Of a stretch of DNA of 64,000 nt, positions 1-9,559 are shown one piece after another. Below the pieces are notes generated by a model. It had not been told where the DNA came from. It did no database searches and saw only the letters and a program-made list of their open reading frames with translations. Within the stretch, counting starts at the first letter, position 1. Each line of letters opens with the position of its first letter. The position numbers and the translations under genes were made by a program. The stretch is from an uncultured Gammaproteobacteria bacterium. GTDB taxonomy: Bacteria > Patescibacteriota > Patescibacteriia > UBA2196 > CAYSSY01. The stretch covers positions 5,094 to 69,093 of the forward strand of contig CAYSSY010000001.1 of NCBI GenBank assembly GCA_964434055.1, in the 5' to 3' direction.

Positions 1-30
1 GCAGAACTGGAGAGTCAAAAAATAAACCAG

Positions 31-783
31 ATGGTGGAATATAATTCTGGTTATACTCAAACATATTCAAACCAGGTTTATCCATACTCTAACCAATATA
101 CTCTCGGCCCGGTTTACTTTGGGGTGGCTTCTCGATATCACAGCTCCTTAGATGGTAATCCAACATCAAATGGGGAGATATATAACGAACGAAAGTTAAC
201 GGCCGCTCACCGCACATTACCTTTTAACACTTGGGTGCGAGTCACCAATATTTTTAACGGGCGGAGTGTCCTAGTCAGAATTAATGACAGAGGGCCTTTT
301 GTTAAAGGTCGAGACATTGACCTTTCAAAAGCCGCTATGTCTGAGATCGCTGACCTAAGGCAGGGTTTAGTTAGAGTTAAGATGGAGGTGATTAACATGC
401 CTCCACAGTACCAAAACTGGCCGACGCCGGGCTACTACCGGATTGTCAGCAGGTTTGGTGCTTCGCGTAGTGGGGGATTAAGAAGGCATAAGGGGATAGA
501 TATTGGCACACCAGACTATGTCCCAGTACGGTCAAGTGCGCTTGGCATTGTCGCGTGGGCAGGCCATCGTGGAAAATATGGCAACGTCGTTTATGTTCGC
601 CATCTTAACGGGTATGAAACCCGTTATGCCCACTTGAGTCGCATTCACGTGCGCTATGGCCAAATTGTAAACCAGTCTACTGTTCTTGGTTTAACTGGTC
701 AAACTGGGAATTCTACCAGCCCACACCTGCATTATGAGGTGCGCCGCTACGGCCGCGCCCTCAATCCAGTTACAATGAAGTAA
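31..783 (+). CDS. RlpA-like double-psi beta-barrel domain fused to M23 metallopeptidase
   Basis: TAAHRTLPFNT..RVTN..NGRSVLVRINDRGPF..GRDIDLS (RlpA DPBB), then HKGIDI, YAHL and HLHYEV (M23 zinc motifs). Confidence 0.9.
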   Translation: MVEYNSGYTQTYSNQVYPYSNQYTLGPVYFGVASRYHSSLDGNPTSNGEIYNERKLTAAHRTLPFNTWVRVTNIFNGRSVLVRINDRGPFVKGRDIDLSKAAMSEIADLRQGLVRVKMEVINMPPQYQNWPTPGYYRIVSRFGASRSGGLRRHKGIDIGTPDYVPVRSSALGIVAWAGHRGKYGNVVYVRHLNGYETRYAHLSRIHVRYGQIVNQSTVLGLTGQTGNSTSPHLHYEVRRYGRALNPVTMK

Positions 784-824
784 TTAATTCAAATAACTGT
801 TTTTCTTTAAAGAAGGAGTAAGCC

Positions 825-1430
825 ATGAAACGCAATCTGTTTTTCATCGCGATTTTGGTTCTGGTAATCGCCACTATTGTCTCTGCTCAGACCAAAATCG
901 AAGTCACCGACCCGCAGGGGTTGGTGGTTCCACAGCCGGCGTTCATCCAGTACCTTGCCTACCTGGCCGCTGACGATAGCGCCAGCCAGGCCAAGGCACG
1001 CATACTCGAAAATGTGATCGGCAAGGCACAGCTCGGGAAATTAATCACCACCTACTACACTGAGGTGGCAAAAAACCCGGGCAAGTTCGAGATTCGCGGC
1101 TCCAATGGATTCGGAGGGATCTTTGATCTCCTCTACAAAAAAAACCCGGACATCGTGAATTTGAATCAGACTCTTGCTCTGCTCCCTAACAATGTCATGG
1201 CCGGCGCCGCTGCTCGTGCCATCGACAAAAACGACGCCAACCTGCAAGTTCTCGAACATACCCGTTCGCCATGGGGCATGCCCGGCAGTACGGAAACGGT
1301 CTACAAAGGCAACTTCCAGGGCAACTATGGCGCTGGCGGGTATTCAACCGGCGGCCTGGATGCGCAGACCTTTGACGCCGCTTATCAAGCTTCGGCGGCA
1401 AGAGCGGCTGCCAAACGCCGCCTGCGCTAG
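825..1430 (+). CDS. Secreted hypothetical protein, GC-rich
   Basis: AAGGAG SD, signal peptide MKRNLFFIAILVLVIATIVSA; visibly higher GC than its neighbours. Confidence 0.75.
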   Translation: MKRNLFFIAILVLVIATIVSAQTKIEVTDPQGLVVPQPAFIQYLAYLAADDSASQAKARILENVIGKAQLGKLITTYYTEVAKNPGKFEIRGSNGFGGIFDLLYKKNPDIVNLNQTLALLPNNVMAGAAARAIDKNDANLQVLEHTRSPWGMPGSTETVYKGNFQGNYGAGGYSTGGLDAQTFDAAYQASAARAAAKRRLR

Positions 1431-1448
1431 GCAACACATTCGCAACAT

Positions 1449-1497
1449 AAAAAAAGCGGATCGAACTCTTTAAGAGTGAGATCCGCTTCATTTTTTT
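1449..1497. terminator. Bidirectional intrinsic terminator
   Basis: AAGCGGATC..ACTCTT/AAGAGT..GATCCGCTT stem with A and T tracts between convergent genes. Confidence 0.8.
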
Positions 1498-1506
1498 ATA
1501 AGAACT

Positions 1507-1947
1507 TTAAGGATTAGTTCGAGTGGCATTTTCTAGAATCAAAAAGATAGTATAAGTCACTGAATAAGCGGCAAAAATTAACAGCAACCCGATGCCCGCA
1601 TTCTTAATGGTCTTTAAAGCGGTAGTAATTTGCTCTTCATTTCCCGCGGCAGTCATCCAGCGAACGCCAGCAATAACAATCAAGACTAAAAATATAATAC
1701 CCACTAAAGATAAAACAAAACGCACGCCCTGAGCGATCACTAATGGTAATGGTAAATTGGAAACCTGAAAACCCAAACGTCCCATAACTTCGCCAATCTT
1801 TGAAGTTATCTCGCCTCTCAAACTTGTATCAGGAGGCGGGGGAGGCGGCGTACTCTGAGCCAATGAAATCTGAGGCAACAAACAGAAACAAAAAATTATT
1901 AAAATAAAAACTTTTAAACTCAAAATGGCTTTGTTGTTATAATTCAT
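1507..1947 (-). CDS. CPR-type (TrbC/VirB2-like) pilin
   Basis: Signal peptide plus two hydrophobic helices joined by G.RWMTAAGNEEQI..A...I.NA.IGL. Confidence 0.85.
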   Translation of the reverse strand: MNYNNKAILSLKVFILIIFCFCLLPQISLAQSTPPPPPPDTSLRGEITSKIGEVMGRLGFQVSNLPLPLVIAQGVRFVLSLVGIIFLVLIVIAGVRWMTAAGNEEQITTALKTIKNAGIGLLLIFAAYSVTYTIFLILENATRTNP

Positions 1948-1952
1948 AAATT

Positions 1953-2393
1953 TTAAGGAGTTGGGGTTGTTACTGGCGTAGTCGCTTTAAAAAGGATGTC
2001 AATCACAAACCAGGTAATGATCCCTGATAAGAAGATAACTACCAAACCGCCAGCGGCATTTACAATAATCTTATGAGCTTTTTCAATATGTTGCTCATTA
2101 CCGCCAGCCGTCATCCAAATGACGCCACCATAAATAATCAAAACAAAAAATATTACTCCGAGCAATCCTAAAAGATAAAAAATAACATCGCCAATGACTT
2201 CAGCCAGCCTAATATCCTCTCCGGAAGCGGTGGAATAGCCAGCCTGACCAGCAGTTTGATTTAACATATCACCGGCCTGATCAACACTGGGCACAGGTTC
2301 CTCTGCTGTTTGTGCTAAGAGCTCGGGTATAAAAATACTTGAAGTAAAAATTATAATCAAAGCTAGAACTAAATAGGAAATTATATTTTTCAT
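1953..2393 (-). CDS. CPR-type pilin
   Basis: GGVIWMTAGGNEQHIEKA..IIVNA motif, signal peptide. Confidence 0.85.
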   Translation of the reverse strand: MKNIISYLVLALIIIFTSSIFIPELLAQTAEEPVPSVDQAGDMLNQTAGQAGYSTASGEDIRLAEVIGDVIFYLLGLLGVIFFVLIIYGGVIWMTAGGNEQHIEKAHKIIVNAAGGLVVIFLSGIITWFVIDILFKATTPVTTPTP

Positions 2394-2408
2394 ATTATAA
2401 CATTTAAT

Positions 2409-2846
2409 TTAAGTGGCGGGGGTAGAAATCTTGGAAAGATTAACTATTCGGTCTAAAACATAAGCGGTAATCACATAAGCTAAAACTATGATCACTAAAC
2501 CAATCGTTGCATTAATTACAATCTTTTTACCTTTGCCAACTTGTTCCTCGTTGCCCGCCGCCGTCATCCAGGTAAACCCACCAAAAATAATTAAAATAAA
2601 AAAAATTACACCCAGAAAACCTAAAACAACGCGGATCATGTTACCAATAAAAATCGCTAAACTTGGATCAGAACCCTTTTCAATTAAACCACCTTTTTCT
2701 GCAGTATTTTTTAAAGTATTAATCGGGTTAACTTGCTGAGCGGAAACGAATAATGGCTGGACTAAAAAAACAAAACAAACAGAAATGACCAAAGCTGATA
2801 AAAAGTATTTTTTAAAATAAGGCATAGGGACTTTGATAATTTTCAA
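2409..2846 (-). CDS. CPR-type pilin (true start may be ATG at 2825)
   Basis: GGFTWMTAAGNEEQVGKGKKIVINATIGL motif. Confidence 0.85.
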   Translation of the reverse strand: MKIIKVPMPYFKKYFLSALVISVCFVFLVQPLFVSAQQVNPINTLKNTAEKGGLIEKGSDPSLAIFIGNMIRVVLGFLGVIFFILIIFGGFTWMTAAGNEEQVGKGKKIVINATIGLVIIVLAYVITAYVLDRIVNLSKISTPAT

Positions 2847-2936
2847 TTCTTAATTTTCAATTTTCATTGAATTTTCAATGAGTCAGTTTTTAAACACCTT
2901 CGTCATTGTAAATTGGAAATTAAAAATTGAAAATTG
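2838..2936. repeat. Heptamer-periodic inverted element (AATTTTC)n ... (GAAAATT)n
   Basis: aattttc aattctt aattttc aattttc attg aattttc on the left; gtaaatt ggaaatt aaaaatt gaaaatt on the right. Confidence 0.75.
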
Positions 2937-2941
2937 TACTT

Positions 2942-2981
2942 AAAAGAGCCGATACCGGCTTTAGGTTTCCCGGTACCGGCC
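2942..2981 (-). terminator. Intrinsic terminator after the first pilin
   Basis: GCCGGTACCGG/CCGGTATCGGC stem followed by TCTTTT on the minus strand. Confidence 0.8.
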
Positions 2982-3004
2982 CCAAACAAATTTCAATTTA
3001 ATCT

Positions 3005-3379
3005 TTAGGTCGCAGATGTTAAAACTCTGAAGATGAAGACAGTAACTGCATAAGCGACGAAGATAATAATCAAACCAATAACGCCAGCACCAATTGTTTT
3101 TTTGGCTGAACCAATTGCTTCTTCGTTACCAGCAGCAGTCATCCAGCGAAAACCGCCAATTAAGATAATAACCAATGCCACTATACCCAAAATACCCAAA
3201 GCGACGTTAATAATTGCGGCCACAGTATCTCTAACATCTTTAGTACCTAGACCGGCATTTTGGCCGTAGCCAACGCCCCATTTTGAATCAACACCAGTTT
3301 GAGCAGAAACAACCACTGGCAAAACAAGCAAAGAAACTAAGAATAAACTTAATGCGTATTTCTTAATATTTTTAGTCAT
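3005..3379 (-). CDS. CPR-type pilin, probable major pilin
   Basis: GGFRWMTAAGNEEAIGSAKKTIGAGVIGL; has its own TTGACA-17-TATAAT promoter (~3539-3511) and its own terminator. Confidence 0.85.
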   Translation of the reverse strand: MTKNIKKYALSLFLVSLLVLPVVVSAQTGVDSKWGVGYGQNAGLGTKDVRDTVAAIINVALGILGIVALVIILIGGFRWMTAAGNEEAIGSAKKTIGAGVIGLIIIFVAYAVTVFIFRVLTSAT

Positions 3380-3618
3380 AAATTTTATCTATACTTAAAT
3401 TTTATTATTCTGGCTGGGAAAATGAGGATATCAGGAAATATTAAATTATTTATGTGTCTTAGATAAATAATTACTAAAATAAAACGTTTAACGTGCGACC
3501 TTTTGTTTTATTATATAAGAATTATTAAAAAATGTCAAATTTTATCTGGATTAATTTTATTATAACAAAAAAGATAGAAAAATTATAGGAAACAGCAATA
3601 AAAAATAAAAGAATTAAC

Positions 3619-4119
3619 TTACTTCTGACACTCGATTTTTGACCACGGGGACTTAACGGCTTTGGCTAATCGATCGTTAAATTTAGTGGTACCAGCACTC
3701 CAGTCAGTGGTAAACATTCCAATAATCATGCCAATTAATTGCCAGGCGGCCAAAACAAAAATTATTCCGAGAAAAGTATGCAGAATTAATTTTTTATTCT
3801 TATTTATGCTTTCCGCATTCCCCCAATTCATTACTAATCCTACACCAGCCCAAATCAACATTACCATGGCGACACCACTGACACTCATTAAAATTAAACG
3901 AGCTGCCTGAAAAAAAATCGCTACAAAATCGCAGACATTACAATTGCCGTTGCAATAACAGTCATCGCTGACTTCGTGCATTAAATTCCAAATATTATCA
4001 TTTAGCGAAGGATCACAGGTTTGCTGCGCCCGAACCGGTAAAGCAAACATTAACAAGCTGCTGATTAAAATTCCGGCCAGCCCGAGAAAAAATATTTTTT
4101 TTGTAAAAAAATTAAACAT
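3619..4119 (-). CDS. Cys-rich pilin-like protein
   Basis: C..NGNCNVCDF followed by pilin helices (WGNAESINKNKKLI..T..G); paralog of the N-terminus of 36439-37347. Confidence 0.75.
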   Translation of the reverse strand: MFNFFTKKIFFLGLAGILISSLLMFALPVRAQQTCDPSLNDNIWNLMHEVSDDCYCNGNCNVCDFVAIFFQAARLILMSVSGVAMVMLIWAGVGLVMNWGNAESINKNKKLILHTFLGIIFVLAAWQLIGMIIGMFTTDWSAGTTKFNDRLAKAVKSPWSKIECQK

Positions 4120-4137
4120 AAAAATAATAAATATTCT

Positions 4138-5532
4138 CTACCTTAAAGTTTGAGTAACTTGTTGAGCAGTAAAATTAATAACCTCATTAGCTGGTTTTTG
4201 ATTAACAACGACATCCTTAATCATATTTTTAAAAGCATCTCTGGCATAACCGACATTCATGCCCTTATACCAACTCTTGGCAGTCAATGCCTGGTTAGCA
4301 AAAACAGTTATTTCTGGATCAGCAAACTGTTTTTCTAAAACGCTTCTTAAAGCGGCCGGTTTCTTAGCTAAACTCAGGTATCGTTCGGCATTCTGGGTTG
4401 AAGTTAAATAGGAAACAAAACCCCATGCTTCGTCTGGATATTTAGTTTTTTTAGAAACCGTCTGCAACCAGTAGCTGGCATAATTGGTTTCATAACCAGA
4501 GGTATCCATACCGTTTGAATTTATGTGCGGCACTTTCACTACTCCCCAGTTTAAACGTGAACCTTGGGCTTTAATAAAAGGAATTTGATAGGCATAACCA
4601 AGCATCATACCCAAATTGCCGCGGACAAAAGCTTCTTGAGCTTCGGGCATTGTTTCATTCCAGGTATAGGCCTCCCGTGAGGGCATAGCAAAATCTGAAT
4701 AAAAACGCACAGCCTCAGCTCCGGGATAATAACTACTGTTCTGCGCATAGCTAGTCGGCTGATTAAAAGTAACTGATCCATTTGCAGCATCAAACATTTG
4801 AGTGCCGTTTTGCAACATCAATAATGAAATAATGTCAAAAATATTATTAACATTATCGATGCCCCCAAAAGCTAAGCCTGACCGGATGATATTACCTTCA
4901 TTATCTTGAAGAGTAATTTTTTTTGATGCTTCCAAAACTTCAGCCCAAGTCTGTGGTGGGTTAAAAACTTTTGCCTGATCAAGCAGGTCGCGGTTATAAA
5001 AAAGGGCCAGGGTATCAACTGATAAAGGTAAACCTAAAATTTCTCCTTTATCATTAATAACATCGCCAGCCACTACATCAACAAAATCACGTTTTATAGT
5101 TTGTGGAGTATAAGTCGGAGTTTCCCGAAAAAAAGCTTTTTCTACCTGACCGGTTCTAGAATAACTTTCGGCATAAGGCAGTTTAATCTTAGCTGGTAAT
5201 GGTAAAATTTTATTGTTATATTTTTTAACCCAATTATTATGAATAGTAAAGATATCAGGGCCCTCATCGGCTGCCCAGCCTTCAAGCAAAGCTTGCTCGT
5301 ATTCCTCATAACGCAACAAGCGATAATTAATGGTTATGTTGGGGTGCGATTTTTTAAAATCAGCTAATATCGCCTGAAAATTTTCTTGACCTTCATATAC
5401 CTGCCACCAATTTAAAGTAATTGGGGTTTTTAAAGATTTAACTGCAGCCAGGTCACCACTTTTAGTACAGCTTAACCCGGTAGTAGAAAAAACGATTAGT
5501 ATTAAAAATAAAATATAAACCCTTTTTTTCAT
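4138..5532 (-). CDS. Extracellular solute-binding lipoprotein (sugar SBP family 1-like)
   Basis: Lipobox-like GLSC, GPDIF, LPLSVDTLALFYNRDL, PPQTWAE. Confidence 0.85.
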   Translation of the reverse strand: MKKRVYILFLILIVFSTTGLSCTKSGDLAAVKSLKTPITLNWWQVYEGQENFQAILADFKKSHPNITINYRLLRYEEYEQALLEGWAADEGPDIFTIHNNWVKKYNNKILPLPAKIKLPYAESYSRTGQVEKAFFRETPTYTPQTIKRDFVDVVAGDVINDKGEILGLPLSVDTLALFYNRDLLDQAKVFNPPQTWAEVLEASKKITLQDNEGNIIRSGLAFGGIDNVNNIFDIISLLMLQNGTQMFDAANGSVTFNQPTSYAQNSSYYPGAEAVRFYSDFAMPSREAYTWNETMPEAQEAFVRGNLGMMLGYAYQIPFIKAQGSRLNWGVVKVPHINSNGMDTSGYETNYASYWLQTVSKKTKYPDEAWGFVSYLTSTQNAERYLSLAKKPAALRSVLEKQFADPEITVFANQALTAKSWYKGMNVGYARDAFKNMIKDVVVNQKPANEVINFTAQQVTQTLR

Positions 5533-5536
5533 AAAT

Positions 5537-6430
5537 TTATTTAAAATTATGAGTCTTTATTGTCTCTTTCATATACTCCTTGAGCGGTTCACTCAATTCC
5601 TTATTCTTTAAGGCAAAACGAATAATTGTTTTTATATACTCCAATTTATTGCCGGTATCGCACCAAGTGGTGTTAGTCAACCGACAAGCGTAAACTGGCC
5701 TTTTTTTAGCTAACTGTTTGATAGCATCAACCAACCAAACCTCACCACCTCTACCAGCTTTTAATTTTTCCAAAATTGGAAAAATATCTGGTGTTAAAAC
5801 ATAACCTGATGGTGCGGTCAAAAAAGGTATTTTTACTTTATCAGCACCGGGTTTTTCCACAATTTCTTTTACAAGCCAAATATTTTTTTCCACTTCTTTA
5901 CCATAAATTATGCCGTAGTGATTGGCATCTTCTTTGCCCCGTGGCTCCATGCCAGTAATAATTGGACTCTGGTATTTCTCCCAGCATTTCATAAGTTGTT
6001 CGGCTCTCGACGGCTTGGCATCAAATAATTCATCTCCCCAGACAACAAAAAACGGCTCATTGCCAATAATATGTCGAGTATTGAGAATCGGCGTGCCGTT
6101 GCCATATAACCCCTTCTGACGAATATAAATAAAATTAGCTAATTCAGCTATCCGCCTTATCTCTTTTAGTTGTTCAATTTTCCCAGCTTCTTCCAATCTT
6201 TTTTCAAGCTCAAAAGGATAATCAAAATGATCTTCAATAATACGCTTATGCCAACCAGTTACTAAAACAATGTCCTTGATACCAGCTTCAACTGCTTCCT
6301 CAACAATAAACTGAATGGTTGGTTTATCGACGACCGGTAACATTTCTTTAGGCATCGCCTTTGTCGCTGGCAAAAATCTAGTTCCAAAACCAGCCACAGG
6401 AATAACGGCCTTTTTTATTTTTTGGACCAT
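5537..6430 (-). CDS. galU: UTP--glucose-1-phosphate uridylyltransferase
   Basis: KAVIPVAGFGTRFLPATKAMPKEMLPVVDKP, IVEKP. Confidence 0.92.
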   Translation of the reverse strand: MVQKIKKAVIPVAGFGTRFLPATKAMPKEMLPVVDKPTIQFIVEEAVEAGIKDIVLVTGWHKRIIEDHFDYPFELEKRLEEAGKIEQLKEIRRIAELANFIYIRQKGLYGNGTPILNTRHIIGNEPFFVVWGDELFDAKPSRAEQLMKCWEKYQSPIITGMEPRGKEDANHYGIIYGKEVEKNIWLVKEIVEKPGADKVKIPFLTAPSGYVLTPDIFPILEKLKAGRGGEVWLVDAIKQLAKKRPVYACRLTNTTWCDTGNKLEYIKTIIRFALKNKELSEPLKEYMKETIKTHNFK

Positions 6431-6507
6431 AGGGTTTAAAAAAGTTATGCTAGCTGAGGAAAATTTACTATAGTCAGTATATCATTTTTACTAATTCGAA
6501 GAAAATA

Positions 6508-6903
6508 TCATTTCTTGAGAAGATCTCTAATCTCGGTTAAAAGTTTTTCCTGAAGTGAGGGTTCAGGTGTCGCTGGTTGTGTTTGTTCTTTTTTCTTTAA
6601 AGAATTGAGTACTTTAATAGCTAAAAAAATAACTGCCGCAATAATCACAAAATCAACGGCTGCTTGAATAAACGAACCATAATTTAAAGTAACTGCTGCC
6701 TGGTTGTTGGTGGCACTCTTTAAAATTATCTTAAGCTCAGTAAAATTAATGCCGCCCAGAAGAACCCCAAAAGGAGGCATTAAAACGTCGGCAACAAAGG
6801 AAGACACGATCTTGCCAAAAGCCCCACCAATAATCACGCCGACTGCTAAATCAATGACACTTCCGCGCATGGCAAAATGTTTAAATTCTTCAAAAATTTT
6901 CAT
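6508..6903 (-). CDS. mscL: Large-conductance mechanosensitive channel
   Basis: EFKHFAMRGSVIDLAVGVIIGGAFGKIVSS, LLTEIRDLL. Confidence 0.97.
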   Translation of the reverse strand: MKIFEEFKHFAMRGSVIDLAVGVIIGGAFGKIVSSFVADVLMPPFGVLLGGINFTELKIILKSATNNQAAVTLNYGSFIQAAVDFVIIAAVIFLAIKVLNSLKKKEQTQPATPEPSLQEKLLTEIRDLLKK

Positions 6904-6934
6904 AACTTCTCTTATTAATAATCAATTCTTAAAA

Positions 6935-7492
6935 TTAACGTACAGCTTTTAATTCCATATACCAACCTTGGGGTTTTTGGCACAACGGACATTTCCCTGG
7001 AGCACTTGTGCCTTTGTGGACATAACCGCAATTCAAACACTTCCATTCGGTTTCTGTCTCGCTTTTAAAAAGTTTGCCCTGCTCTAAACGATCAGCCAAA
7101 ATTGTATAGCGTTCGGCGTGTTTCTCTTCGACTTCAGATATTTCCTGAAACAAATGGGCAATTTCCGTTTCTCCTTCATCCTCAGCAACTTTTTTAAAAT
7201 CGGGGTACATTGTACCAAATTCATATTCCTCACCTTCAGCTGCATGTCTTAAATTTTCCAAAGTGGTGCCTAAGGGATGAATATCATAGGTATTGGTCAT
7301 CTCTGTCTTCTCTGTTAATTTTTCCAACTCTTCTTGAGCATGCGCCCGTTCATTATCAGCGGTTTCCAAAAAAACTTGAGCAACCCACATCAACCCTTCT
7401 TTTTGAGCAATCTCAGCAAAATAAGTATATTTGTTGCGAGCCATTGACTCTCCGGCAATAGCTTTTAATAAATTGGCTTGTGTTTGTTTCAT
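6935..7492 (-). CDS. rbr: Rubrerythrin
   Basis: AGESMARNKY, NERAHA, EEKHAERY, C-terminal WKCLNCGYVH..CPLC rubredoxin domain. Confidence 0.93.
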   Translation of the reverse strand: MKQTQANLLKAIAGESMARNKYTYFAEIAQKEGLMWVAQVFLETADNERAHAQEELEKLTEKTEMTNTYDIHPLGTTLENLRHAAEGEEYEFGTMYPDFKKVAEDEGETEIAHLFQEISEVEEKHAERYTILADRLEQGKLFKSETETEWKCLNCGYVHKGTSAPGKCPLCQKPQGWYMELKAVR

Positions 7493-7643
7493 ATTAATGT
7501 CCTTATTAATATTTAACCTAAATGGTTAAATAAATGACTGATTAATGCTTTCTATACTATAAATAATATACTATTTAAATAATAAAGAAAATATTGTTAT
7601 ATTTTAAATTTCAACTTTTATTCTTGTTTGGTGGCTTAAGATA

Positions 7644-8021
7644 TTAAAAATAATTTAATCCTTGGGGTGATTCATGACTAGTTACTATCTTTTGATATTC
7701 TGGCTCATAAATTTCCGTAATTTGATATTTGCCGGAAGTTGTTTGATTTTCTCGACTATCACCTTGTATGGTTTGCTCGAGTATAATAATTTTACCCCAA
7801 TAAAGCCACTTATCTTGAATGTTCTGCACTAAAAAACAGCGGTTAGGTGCCGGATGGTAAAGCCGGGCACCTTTTTTATTATGAAATTCAAAGACTTTAC
7901 CCTGAACAACTTCTAATTTAATTCGATTAAGTTGGTGTTTATTAACATCTAAAATATCGGCGGGAAAGCCCTGTTCAGCTGTAATTCTTAAAGTATCATT
8001 TAATTCCACGAAACTACCCAT
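7644..8021 (-). CDS. Hypothetical protein
   Basis: Clean 125-aa ORF; no motif recognised with confidence. Confidence 0.75.
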   Translation of the reverse strand: MGSFVELNDTLRITAEQGFPADILDVNKHQLNRIKLEVVQGKVFEFHNKKGARLYHPAPNRCFLVQNIQDKWLYWGKIIILEQTIQGDSRENQTTSGKYQITEIYEPEYQKIVTSHESPQGLNYF

Positions 8022-8054
8022 ATAAAATAAGTTTATTATTTATCAAAATAAATT

Positions 8055-8139
8055 CGGAGAGGCAGGGATTTGAACCCTGGAGGGCTTGCGCCCAAACGGT
8101 GTTCGAGACCGTCGCCTTAAACCGCTCGGCCACCTCTCC
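8055..8139 (-). tRNA. tRNA-Ser(CGA)
   Basis: GGAGAGG/CCTCTCC acceptor, anticodon arm ACGGT-CT CGA AC-ACCGT, long variable arm, GGTTCAAATCC. Confidence 0.95.
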
Positions 8140-8158
8140 ATAAACAAAACTCAAAAAA

Positions 8159-9559
8159 TTAATTTCTGTTGCCCAGACATTGTTTAAGATTATGACTATT
8201 TTGTGTTTTGCTGACAACTATCATCATACCAATCAGCAACCAAAACAAAACCGCTAAGTCATTTTTAAAATATGGCACATCGACTAAACCGTGAACAAGC
8301 AAGGCTATCATAGATGCCATCAATACGGTTGAAAATTTACAATCAATGACTGTTGTCTGTCGTTTGTTGTCTGTCGTTTGTTGTCTGTCGTTTGTTGTCT
8401 TTCTAAAACCAGCGACATAAAACCACCCGACTATTATTATAAAAGCAGTTAATCCTAACAAACCAGTTTCAGACCAAAAAGTCAAAAAAATGTTATGAGG
8501 ATATAAAAATATTTCAATATACTGCTTCTGGTGAAATGACGCCAGCGCGCTTTGATAACCATTAATACCCGAACCGAGTAATGGTCGTGTCTTTAGCATT
8601 TTAACAGTTTCACTCCACATTTCAAGACGAGTGGAAATTGAATCACCTCCAACAACTGTGGTGTCGCCTTTAAAATTCGGCAAGCCATTCATTAATATAT
8701 AAAAAAATAAAAATAAAAAAACAATAATTATGAATCCTAAAAAATATTTTCTAAACGGCTTATAAAAAAAGGCATAGAAAATAATACCCACTAAAACTGC
8801 CAATAATCCGCCTTTTGATTTAGTAAAATAAATAACGGTAAACCCCAAGATACAAGATAAAATTAACAATAAATTTTCAATTCTTAATTTCCAATTTTTA
8901 CTCAATTCCTTGACTCTCAATTTTTGCTTCTCAATCCCAGCTACAAAAAAACCCAACAACATTATAACTACTGGTGCCAGATAAAGCGCTAAGGCATTCG
9001 GATACGTAAAAATTGATGTTACTCGCCTGGTTGCCTCAGCTGCCCAAAAAGGATTAGTAATAAATTCACCGGTAAATTTTTGATACAAAGCAAACAATGA
9101 CAAGATTAAAACATTTAAACCTAAAACTGCGATTACTTTTCTAAAATCCTCTTTGTTCATGATCGAAATAAAAACAATAAAAAATAAAAATGGCTCTAAA
9201 AAATACGCGCGCCACAAACCGACGGCCGAATATAAGTTAGGCGACATAAAAATAGAAATAATTGATGCAATCAATAACAATGAACAGCCAACTAACAGTA
9301 ACTTAAAATTTATAATTTTAGATTTAAAATTGCTAATTATTTCTTTAGCGTCTCCGTATTTTAATGCTCTAATGAAAAAAACCACAAATAAAATCAAAAT
9401 TTCAAACTCCAATATGGTTGTTGGTAAACCAAAAACTTTAAAACGCACTAAATATAAAGGCAATGTCAAAATAACTAAATAAACACTATTCTTCAGATTT
9501 TTAAAAGAAAGAATTAAAAAAATTATCAAATAAATGGTAATAAAAAAAAGTTTAAGCAT
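8159..9559 (-). CDS. O-antigen ligase/polymerase (Wzy_C) family membrane protein
   Basis: Multi-TM; RVTSIFTYPNALA, TKSKGG, RLEMW, PLLGSG, YPHNIFL..W.ETG, HGLVD. Confidence 0.88.
   Translation of the reverse strand: MLKLFFITIYLIIFLILSFKNLKNSVYLVILTLPLYLVRFKVFGLPTTILEFEILILFVVFFIRALKYGDAKEIISNFKSKIINFKLLLVGCSLLLIASIISIFMSPNLYSAVGLWRAYFLEPFLFFIVFISIMNKEDFRKVIAVLGLNVLILSLFALYQKFTGEFITNPFWAAEATRRVTSIFTYPNALALYLAPVVIMLLGFFVAGIEKQKLRVKELSKNWKLRIENLLLILSCILGFTVIYFTKSKGGLLAVLVGIIFYAFFYKPFRKYFLGFIIIVFLFLFFYILMNGLPNFKGDTTVVGGDSISTRLEMWSETVKMLKTRPLLGSGINGYQSALASFHQKQYIEIFLYPHNIFLTFWSETGLLGLTAFIIIVGWFYVAGFRKTTNDRQQTTDNKRQTTVIDCKFSTVLMASMIALLVHGLVDVPYFKNDLAVLFWLLIGMMIVVSKTQNSHNLKQCLGNRN
8351..8400. repeat. 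14-bp tandem repeat TGTTGTCTGTCGTT x3.6 inside the O-antigen ligase
   Basis: Perfect units at 8351-64, 8365-78, 8379-92 and a partial unit at 8393-8400. Confidence 0.95.

Noticed and set aside
1041-1491. Three overlapping alternative ORFs in the GC-rich gene
   Set aside because: Expected from low stop-codon frequency at high GC; no start signals
2838-2936. CRISPR array interpretation of the repeats
   Set aside because: Units are 7 nt with no unique spacers, and there are no cas genes in the window
8014-8217. 67-aa minus-strand ORF
   Set aside because: Runs through tRNA-Ser; a shadow ORF
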